Both the position numbers and the translations under genes were made by a program. The notes under the pieces were generated by a model that had not been told where the DNA came from, did no database searches, and was given only the letters and a program-made list of their open reading frames with translations. 64,000 nt of DNA from the human T2T-CHM13v2.0 reference genome, Homo sapiens, in assembly GCF_009914755.1 (NCBI RefSeq), contig NC_060933.1; one strand, written 5' to 3'. This document shows, in pieces, positions 52,791-64,000 of the stretch (position 1 is its first letter; each line of letters begins with the position of its first letter).

Positions 52791-54753
52791 ACACCTGAGT
52801 GTCTTTTCCTCTTATCAATCTTAAACTTTCTGGGGATGTGTGAGGTGATTCCGTAACTACTATAAACACAGAAGGAAACACTGGGGAAATGTAGCAGCTC
52901 AATCACCTTCTCCCTGCTTTCATTTAATGCTGAACTTTCTATAATCAATAATTGATTCTGATTATGCTCCTATCACTAATTTCAACTGAACTATATATGG
53001 GGGAAAAAACGTCTCATAATGACCACTTCTCCGTAGGTAAAATGCCATATCTCTGAGATAAGAGAGAAAGCATAAGAGCTTTTGTCAGTTCCCCTGGCTC
53101 CCTCTGTGTCTTCAATTCCAGCCCCTTTCTCAAGGTCAATATTCAGGGAAGCACTTAGGTTTGGAAGTATCACAGGAAATCTGTATGCAAATGCCTAAGT
53201 GATTTGAGTATTTTCCCTCTTCTGCATAAAAGCATTTGAAGTCCTTGAATTATTTGTTAGCCTTTCTCCTAGATGATTGAGCAAATTTGTTGATACAACA
53301 GAATACATTTGAAAATCTTGTGGAATAAACACAAAACGGGTCAGCTTTTTAAAAAAGAAATGTGCCTTTTAAAGAACATCTGAAATTTTCTCAATGACAA
53401 ATATTCTTTGATCTTTGGGGTAGAAGAAATAGTCATTAAAAAGTGAAAGTAGGTTAATCCACATTGCTATCGTTCTCACTCTACCGAATCACTCTTGTTC
53501 AGTCTGGGTAATGATTACAATCATATGATAACCCAAAATTTCCACCTCCAAGCTGTTCATTTGTCCTAAGGCTGTTGCAGAACAACAGAATTGCCTCAGG
53601 TGACTATGCTCCTGTGCATGAAATTATTTTCAACAGTCTGAAGCATAACAGAATGTTTTATGTGACAAGTTTAAGAAATGTTACTTATCAGACTGCACAA
53701 GGGTCACATTTTACCTCTGCTGTCAATCTGATCTGTCTGGTTGGATTTTTTTTTAAAAGCTTTCATCATACTTGCTCTGCATCTCAGATACAGTGTCAAA
53801 CTAACACATAAATGAAGTTGCTCTCTAAAGCCTGGGCACCCTAACTTAGACGTCCTCCATCTCCTTGTGCCTGACATTTTCTAGCTCCCCTTGGATTATT
53901 ATAAATGTTTGAAGAACTACAGAGACAAATCTTTTCAAAGAACAGGAACTGAATGTTTACAATGACAGGTAACTAATTAAAAATGACTTTTGTATTTTTC
54001 AGTTATCCGAAACTAAAAAATACTTTTATATCATACAAAACAGAGATACTTTTGTATTACACAAAACTAAAAAATACTAGTTTGACGTTTGATGACATTC
54101 AGAAATTAGGAGCACAATTTGGAAGAATCATTTAAGTATTCTCTAAGCACCAGAATTACATAACACTTGTCTTCAGAAAATGTAAAGTATTTCTCAGCAT
54201 AAGCCTGTCTAGACCAGAATAACCATGGGGCTAACAGAGGTCAGCCCAGAGATTAGCAGAGGCCCATGGGTGCATGTGCTGTTCCCTTTGTTATATTGTG
54301 CAGGCAGGTGATTCACCCTGGGCCTTTCAACAAGTTGAAGTGGAGAAGGTGTCAGGCAAGCATAATTTGAAAGAACTCAGATGAATCTCTTTTGCTTCCA
54401 GTTATGATTGGTGTCAACCGAACTCTTTTAAAATCTTATCAATTAATCATCCATTCATTCAAACATGCACCAAGAAAATATCTATGAAGGGAAAAATCTA
54501 GTAACCTGGCAGGTGTGTTAGTCACAATTTTCCATTAGTGGGTCGGCATGTTGTCAGCTCAGGATAGTTAATACACTTCCAGGCATCATCTAGAGGAAAG
54601 AAAGGCAGGGAAGAGGAAACAAGAAAAAGAAAAGGAAGCAAAAAATACAAAAATAGAATGGAGATGAACTAGAATGGAAATTGGCAGCACTGAGTGTATG
54701 GCTACCTAGTAAATTTGTGATTCCAAATCTGGAAATTTATAAAACAGATTTAC

Positions 54754-54941
54754 CTGATTTCCTGGATGATTTTCAAATTCAAATCCTGATATGACTTGGT
54801 CTCCCTTTTCCCTGTTTCTTCCTCTCTCTTCAGTGCTTTTCATTATTAAGTACATTGTATAAAGTCCATAGAGATTGTAGAAGTTGTGTGCAACAAATGG
54901 TATAGCAGGCTTCAGGTAGAAAGACATGAGGTCATTCTGAG
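54754..54941 (-). pseudogene. Exon-like segment, fully open: (A)QNDLMSFYLKPAIPFVAHNFYNLYGLYTMYLIMKSTEERGRNREKGDQVISGFEFENHPGNQ
   Basis: Long pyrimidine tract with aag acceptor, CAG|gtaaat donor, 188 nt with no stop, ends in phase 0. Confidence 0.6.
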
Positions 54942-55620
54942 CTTGTGGAAGAATGTGGGCAAAAGAATAAAAACAAGACTATAATAGCAGATTATAATGC
55001 TTTGGTGAGCACTGTGCAAAGAGACCACATTGTAACAAATGGTTCAGGTGGAAAATGGTGGAATATTAGATTACGTAGATATGAGACAGCTTTCAGAGCA
55101 TCTGACCCCTGGATGGGAATTTAATCCTTATGCACTGCTATTAGTCTCCATTGCTGTTGTAATAAATGAACACAAAGTTACCAGCCTAAAACAACATCCA
55201 TTTGCTGTGAGGTGGCAGCAGCAGGATAAGGTATCACGTCGCATTGTTTCACACCTTCATTAACTTCATATTCTGTTTTCTACATGCCCTCCAGCCTGGG
55301 CTCACACCTTCTAAATAAAATATTACCTCTGTAACCCTTCCCTCAGTCTCTACTTTCTAGAGGATGTTAACTAAGATTATCCCTTTGTTAACTGTGCACC
55401 TCATAGAGATATACGCCAGCATGTTCATAGGACATTTGACCCATTGGCCAAAATTACCTGGAAGGACTTTAAGAGAATACCTCTCTCTTAGAAATATAAA
55501 ATTGGGCTGGTAAACACTAATTTCTGACTCTGCTTGCAGCCAAAATCGAGGTGACGTAGATCACTATGTATACTGAAAAGCAGAGAAAGCTGACCTGCTC
55601 AGACAGAAAAGAATGAACCA

Positions 55621-55982
<362 letters not shown>

Positions 55983-56124
55983 TTAATGCTTGCCTTCATT
56001 TCTGATGAGTTTTCAGTTTTTTGTTTTCCTTCCCTTTTAATCGGATGCACTTATATCTTCTTAAGTTCCCTCCCCTTGGATTGAGCTAGTCTGAAATGTG
56101 GTTCAGCTGCTTGCAATCAGAGGG

Positions 56125-56685
56125 ACTATTTCAATTATTGTTGCTACGTAACAAACCATCCCAAGATCTGATGACAAAAATCATCCACTTTATGATGCTC
56201 ACAGATTCTGTGGGTCCAGAATTTGAACAGGGCATCAGAGGAATTACTTACCTCTGCTTCACAATGCTTGGGGCCTCGGCTGGGAAGACTTGAAAGCTAG
56301 ATGTGATTCACTGGCTGGAAGCTGGAATCATCTGGAGGGTCGTCACTCATATGTCTGGTGAAAGATGCTGGCTGTTGGCTAGGGCCGAGCAGGGCTGTAA
56401 GCTGGAACATCTCAAAGTAGTCATTCTATATGGTCTCTCCACAGGGGCTCATTGGACTTCCTCACAACATGGCCTCAGCATTCCAAGAGAGGAAGGAAGT
56501 GTGTGGCATTTTTATGATCCAATCTCATAAGTGACATAACAGCACTTCTGCCATACTCCAATGGCTGCAGCAGTCACAAAGCTCCACTCAGTCTCCAGGA
56601 GAGGGGACGTAGACTCCACCACTCTATGGGAGGAATGTCAAGGTCACATCAAGATCTTGTTGCAGCCAACATTGGAAAATACAAT
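56125..56685. mobile_element. MLT1-type LTR
   Basis: cacagattctgtgggtcca...gggcctcggctgggaagact...cacttctgccatactc. Confidence 0.75.
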
Positions 56686-58944
56686 CTGATGCAGGACTTG
56701 ACCCTCAGATAATAGGTGGGTTGGAGCCAGATTCTGAAGGTTTCCAGGCAAAGTGGGAGGTTTGGAGTCCATCCTGGAGTCAGTGGGAACCAGAGATATT
56801 GGAGCAGAGAAGTGAAATGGAAACAGAGGACTAAAAAAAGGTAACTAAATAGAAAAGACAAGAATTACAGTCTCCTGAGATTGTCCCATTTAATATGGCC
56901 AGGATTTTATTGTCTGATGCCTTATCTTTTGTGTTTTGAAGACGAGCCAGACTGACACTATCATAAAAATTATCAAATTTATTCCCAATGATTTTGTGTT
57001 ACTGCACCAATTTTGTTCCACAATAGAACTAAAAGCTAATGGAGGCCTATATGTGGCAATATGAGTATGCAAAGTAAATCAGCATGTACCAGTTTATGGA
57101 AGTGATCTTGTTTTATTCTATTAGAAAAAAAATGATTTTCATTGTTTATCATAGCACTGACTACACACAAAGCGCTATTCTCTCGCCCCCATTTGAGGTC
57201 TACGTTGGAGGTTTTCTACACACAGGAAGTGTTGGCTTCAGTGGAAAACTTTTGAACAACACATGACATTCTCACACATCTACAGAATGTGGATGTGATT
57301 TCAGGTTTAGCATGGAAGTTTAGTAGCCTGTAAGGAAAGGCTGTGGAGTAAATTATTAGTAAAGTATTCATCAAAGAAAATAGTCTAAAATCTTTTAAGA
57401 GCAACAGTATGTATTTCTTTCTTTTTGCCAAGAACCTATTTAATTTTTATGCTACAGAAATACACACTTTTATCCATCACAAGTTTAGGTCAAACATTGT
57501 ATCTAAAGACATTTAAAGAAATCCAAAAGAGTAATACTAAATTAAAGATACTATGTAGAATTTTTTGTACCCAAAAAATTTCCTAGTACATTTATTTCAT
57601 CTATTTCAACAGCTGTATATGCAGCCTTCGATTTACTAGAAATCTCTCAGCTTATTTATGTCTCCCAATTGCATTTTTCATTGCTTGTTTAATAAGAAGA
57701 TATACGGATAACTTCAGCCATTTTTTCCAAGTATCCCTCGTTAAAAATCACAGGAAATGATTCTCGAATAAAATAAAGGTTACATGTACCTTAGACTTTA
57801 CAAATCAGTACTTATATAGAAAGAGACATATTGTTTTATGAAAAGATATTGGTTTAATGATCTATATGGAAGTAATATTTCATTCTTAAAATAACTCTAG
57901 TTTTCATAAGGGATCCAGTTTTGTACTCACAATGCGTTTTACGCTGGGGAGATCTGCCATTTCCATAGAACTGATATACAGTGTCTTCACTTTTGAAGCC
58001 AAGGTAGGGAACATTCTCTCTCAGAGTAGGCACACAGGAGAATCTTGCACCTTATTTGTTTCACATGTTTAAATATTGTCTTTATCTTCCAAGTGTTTCA
58101 AATTTCTTAAGGTCTGAGACAGTATCTCTTCCTTGTTAAGGCGTTAAATAAGAACTTACTGAACTGTTGGATTCTGTACAAGAAGTAATGGCTAAACTTA
58201 CTGCAATCTTGCTATTAGTGTTTTGACACGTATCCACCATCTGATGAGTAAAATTTTGGATGATTTGGACAAAAATTCCATATATATATTAGGTTAATAT
58301 ATGTACAATCTGTGATCACGATGTTTACAATAAAGATATTTTATTCCTTCATTCATTGCAAAAAGCTGACAGATACTTTCTAGGTGATGGAATAGTACCT
58401 ATGTGGAACTTACACACCAGAGGGCAAGAAAGGCGATGAATAAATAAGCAATCCAAGAGGATGGTTTGTTCTATCTTAAAAATGAGGTCTAAAGCAGCAA
58501 TAAAACACCACAGTCAGCTTTCTGCTGTTGCTGCCTTTCCAGCCCTAGCCACAGAACTGAAGCTCTCCTCAACCTCAGACCATGAGATAATCTAATTTTT
58601 CAATTTGTAATGAGGCTTAGTATCTGAAGCTGTGGGAATAAATTACTCAGGCACTAGCTCAGGGGGCAGAAGCGACAGAGACCTCTACTTTAAGGCATAC
58701 CCAAAGGGTTCCTAAATGAAACCCACCAAAGAATTAGTCACTGGGACATGCAGCAAACTGGAATCAGGGAAGCCACATCAACCAGCCTGTCAGAAATGTG
58801 AGACAGATGTTTGTCTGAGAACAGATGGAAATAAAGACTGGCTGATCCTTCTGCCCTCAGATGGGTCTCTGTTCCTCCAGTATTTATGTGTGCCTTCACA
58901 CAAAGTGGTAGCTAGAGGATATAAATACACAAATAATAAGTTGC

Positions 58945-59345
<401 letters not shown>

Positions 59346-60552
59346 TAATCACTAATCATTTAGTTTCTGAGATTGAAATGTTAGCTCACAGTATTCAAAC
59401 CAGTATATTTTTGCTGTGATACTCAGTTGCCACAAATAGCAATAATATTTGGCCCTGATTGAGGCACACACAGGACACAACTTGGTTTCTCTTCCATCAT
59501 AGCCTCCAGAGCTTGGTGAGCACCCCCTTCCTTACCCTTTACTAACATCCCCTCAACCTCTGGCCTCATTCAGGTATTGAAATATCCAGTTCCATTCAAT
59601 TTCAGTCACAACAGGGTCTGCTTGTACACTCATTTTCCATCAGCTCTCATCAGGCCTGAGGACAGGGAAATGAGCGAAAGGGAACCAGGTTGTATATATG
59701 AATGCTGTGGTAATGGAGCATCTGCGTGGGCAATTCCATGTCCCTGGCTTGGATAATGGACTCGTTGCTGATCTCTTCAAATCCTGCCTCAGCTTTTGTA
59801 CTTTTCCAGTCACAGCTAGGGACCTGGCCCACACACCCACGGCATCTCTGCCATACTAAATGTGGCCCTACATCTTGATCCACTGTGGGTCCCTCTCTCT
59901 CTAAACATGTCTATTTCAGCCAGTTACCACTTCTCCAGCTAAAATCAGACATTCATATCCAGGCATCATGGTCCCAAATGCCTGGAGGCACACATCAGAC
60001 CGTTCTGCAAGAGTTCTCTCACCAAGCTCTGTCCTGGTGGCTGAACTATGAGTGTAGGACTGTGAGCATGTAATGCTCACTCCTCCCGCCCTTCTGATAC
60101 TGCCTACTTTTTAGACACTTCCAAACTCTACATTTGATTCTCTTAGATCTTCCTAAATTTTGGCCTGCATGAGGATAGGGACCAGATAGACAATCTCTTC
60201 CCCTCACCACCCTTACAAGGGAAATAGAAAAGTCAAAGCTCTCTTTACTCCTAACCATTCCTTTCAAGACATCCTCCTCTTGAATTTCAAGACATGGCTA
60301 ATAGTCACTGGACCAGTTCTTCTCTTGTTAATGAATCATATGCATGTATCTCCCAGCTGGCTGTCTCTAGAATATGAATGTATTACCATTGGTCATCCTA
60401 AATTTGAGGCTTACCTGAAACCCCAAGAGAGCAGGAAAATCCCATTTCAAATCCTGTCATATATTAAATTTATTTAAATGATGATCTAAATTGAGACACC
60501 AGTCATCAATTCTAAAAGTGAAACTAATATAGGAATCCAGGAGATATACTTG

Positions 60553-60865
60553 GTTTTTTTTTTCTTCCTTTTTTTTTTTTTTTTTAGACGGAGTCTTGCT
60601 CTGTTGCCCATGCTGTAGTGCAGTGGTGTGATCTTGGCTCACTGCAAACTCTGCCTCTGGGGTTCAAGCGATTCTTCTGCTTCAGCCTCTGAAGCAGCTG
60701 GGGTTACAGGCGCCCGCCACCACACCCAGCTAATTTTTGTATTTTTAGTAGAGGCGGGGTTTCACCGTGTTGGCCAGGCTGGTCTCGAACTCCTGAACTC
60801 AGGTGATCCACACACCTCAGCCTCCCAAAGTGCTGGGATTACAGGTGTAAGCCACCAACCAGACC
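60553..60865 (-). mobile_element. Alu (Sx-like)
   Basis: Reverse Alu dimer. Confidence 0.93.
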
Positions 60866-62774
60866 ATTTTTTTTATATAAAAAAGAATTTGTCTGAATGA
60901 AAATCTACTTGTGCTCTACCTCTCTTCTTGGCAATGCGTTCTCGTTTTATTTTGGCATTGCTTATTTAACACAAGATTTTTATCTTTAGAAGAGACACAG
61001 TAGGAGACAGAGAAAGCAGAGGCCAGTGGGAGAAAGGTAGGAAAAGAAAAAGGAGAGGATATTTGTGAATGAGAGATTCAGAATTTTTAGATGATAATTT
61101 TCACCCATTATTCTAAATTCTATATGCAATTTTGCTCCCCCCATCCAAAGAAAATAAAATAATAGCAGATAAACAATGTTTTTTACTTTTTGTGACATGG
61201 CGTACATCTTTCAATGGAAGTGCTTATAAGAGTATTTGGGGAACAACATACATGAATTTATTCTAACATCAGAAATTATCTCAGAAGCTATATCATTTTA
61301 TTCTGAGTATGCGAGGCTGTTCCCAGCTGATTCTCAAATGGCTTTGAAAGGCAGAGCCTCCCTGACTGCTGACTGGTTGGATTAAGGCCCTCAGTCATCT
61401 ATTTGCAAGTGCTGATAAGCCTGGGGACAAGGGAACCTTCAAAGGTTTGTGCTAGGTGCCTGGAGATTCTCAAAATATATAGAACTGAAGCATTAAAAAA
61501 CATGAATGTGCCATCCCAGCCCTACTGGCTAGGTCAGATACCCAAGAGAGAGAACTGAATTTCATAGAGGATTTTCCTAGCCTAGTTTGTAATTTTCTTA
61601 ATCCTGCTAACCTTGAATCATATAACTCTATGTTTGATTTATTAGTGTTCTTCTAATACACTTATATTCTACATTTGTGTTGGAAAGGCTATAAATATTG
61701 TTCCTTTATCTTGATCCAGTTATCATGCTTTTTATAGATAACTAGGTCATATTCTATGTGCTTGATTACAGGATATGGGCAATGATTTGTTAAACCTTTT
61801 ACTCTGTTAATACGCCAGTGCTGTACACCATCCTTTTGCACTTGTTTTATGAATGGGGTCTTATATAATGAAAACTGAACACGTTAAACATGTATGAGCT
61901 GTAGCATTCTTTTTCCATCAACAAAGAGTGACATTGATTATAGGACTTGGGAATCTACAACTAATTCCATGTCTAAGAACAAAAATCTCTATTTATATTG
62001 GGACAATGCTCAAGTAACCTAAATGTCCTCATACCTCACCAAACAGGAGGTAAATGAGTGGAAATGAGATAATATTTAAAACCACTACCTAAATCTTACC
62101 ACTCCCCAGCCTTCACTTGCCAACCTTACAGCCTTGGCTACCACTATCACTCCCAAGCCCATCTATCTCCTCTCTACTTTTCTCTTGTCATTCTTTATTC
62201 TTTTATTCAATGCAGACTTTTTCCTTGATGTAGCAAAAATTGAGAACCTTCATGTTTACATTTTATAGTCTCAACCACACAAAGATTTGAACAACTGTAT
62301 CTTTCTGCGTTTTTGAACAAAAGCACAAAATCCAAAGGCACAGACTCATTAATCCATGTAGGGTAGCAACCAATCCCTGGGCCAATTAAGTGCAGTCAGG
62401 GAGGTAGCTACATTGAACATAGGCTGCTTCTGTGATAACTTGTAGATTACGAGGAATGGGTACAGTTCCAATAAAAGCAAGAGCTCTCTCTTAACAGGAA
62501 AATAGAGTCTTAAGTATTCATTCTTTCACTCATTTACCTATTATGTGCCCAATATTTTCTAGATCCTGGGGAAACAACAATGAACAAATAAGAGGGATAT
62601 AGTCTGTGTTTAACAAAGCTCACAGTGTTATGGCAGAGAATGGTAGTTAAATAAGAAATAAAAATTCAGTAAAATAATAAGCTATCATGAATACAGTAAG
62701 TGATATGGCTCCTGAGAAAATAATTTCTGATGTCAATACATTTACTGCATTCATTTACTGAATTACTTATTAAG

Positions 62775-63025
62775 AGAGGACTTATTAAATAGTTAACCTA
62801 TTAATGTCATCAATAGGTTCTAGGAACCTCACTTCATCAGTAGTTTCTTAGAAACTGGGACTTCAAGTGAAATGATGTACAGCAGGTCCACAAACAATGT
62901 CCTTTTGTTCAACTCTTTTGTTATAACACTGATGAGGAATAAAAATGGCTTTGTTATACATCATTTTGGTTGAAGTCATAGATTCCAAGAACCTATATAT
63001 GATGTTAAATGAGGACTTACTGTAC
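62775..63025. mobile_element. Tigger-family DNA transposon remnant
   Basis: taatgtcatcaataggttc...gttaaatgaggacttactgta, a Tigger4/MER46-like terminus. Confidence 0.6.
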
Positions 63026-63204
63026 TTTGAAAAAAATCATGCACCATCCTAAACACTTTGTATGCATTACCTCCTTTAATAGTTTTATAGAACTTACTCA
63101 TCACTTTACAATTGAAGAAACCTGATGCTTAGCCTGGCAGTACAATTTACTCAAAGTCACACAGCTAAGAAAGAAAAGATTTGAGATTTTGAGAGAGGTC
63201 TGCC

Positions 63205-63649
63205 TGTCTTAGTCTGTTCAGTCTTGCTATAAAAGCATACCTGAGATTGGGTAATTTATAAAGAAAAGAGGTTTATTTGGCTCATGATTACAGTGGCTGG
63301 AAAGTCCAACATTGGGCAGCTGTATCCAGTGAGGGTCTCATACTGCTTCCATTCATGTTAGAAAGCAAAAGAGAAGCACGTATGTGCAAAGAAATCATAT
63401 GATGACAGAGGAAGCAAGAGAGGGAAACCAAGGAAGCCAGACTCTTAACAACCCACTCTCATGGAAACTAACCCATTCCTCAAGAGTGAGAACTCACTCA
63501 CTCTCTCAGGAAGGCATTAGTCTATTCATAAGGCATCTGTTCCCATGAACTAAACACCTCCCACTAGGCCTCACCTCCCAACATTGCCACATTGGGGATC
63601 AAATTTCAACATGAGTATTGTTGAAGATAAATCCCATCCAAACCATCGC
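63205..63649. mobile_element. MST/MLT1A-type MaLR LTR
   Basis: tgtcttagtctgtt...tgctataaaa...gggtaatttataaagaaaagaggtttatttggctca...tcaaatttcaacatgag. Confidence 0.85.
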
Positions 63650-64000
63650 ACTGCCTAACACCAAAATCTGCACAGTTCTACACTAAGTTATACTCTAAAT
63701 GCTAATCTGATAGGAGAAGCCCATAGGAACATGTAACAGAGTCCCATGATCAAGGAAAGATTCTCAGAGAAACTAAAGTAAGAAACTAAACTTACAGATA
63801 AATAGAATGTACCTAATTGAAGAGGAGGTAGTGTATTCTAGATAAAAAGAACAGCATAAGCAGAGATGTGGATAACATAGTCATGGTTAAGGAAATAAAA
63901 GGCCTGCACTAGTGCTGGAACATATGGAGGGAAAATGCTAGCAAGAGAAAAGTTAGAGGAGAATGCATCCATGTTGGTGTATATATCAATAGTTCCTTTC

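Overview
Primate (human-like) genomic DNA with no intact protein-coding gene. The window opens inside the 5' LTR of a nearly complete, internally deleted HERV-H/LTR7 provirus (1-5435, + strand), which has a perfect tRNA-His PBS and two SOX-type ACAAAAGAAG blocks in the LTR. It also holds a processed PRDX1 pseudogene (- strand, ~23.85-24.8 kb) and many Alu, L1, L2, MaLR/ERV LTR and DNA-transposon remnants. The most interesting signal is a chain of about 12-15 exon-like segments on the - strand between ~35 and ~60.5 kb. They are bounded by AG/GT signals, several junctions are phase-compatible, and their translations, broken by stops and frameshifts, repeatedly resemble RGS domains of the RGS22/RGSL1 type. 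This suggests a decayed, unprocessed (possibly unitary) multi-RGS-domain gene. Several local inverted duplications or hairpins and unusual L1 structures are also present. Repeat subfamily names and protein-family similarities come from recall, not from database searches.
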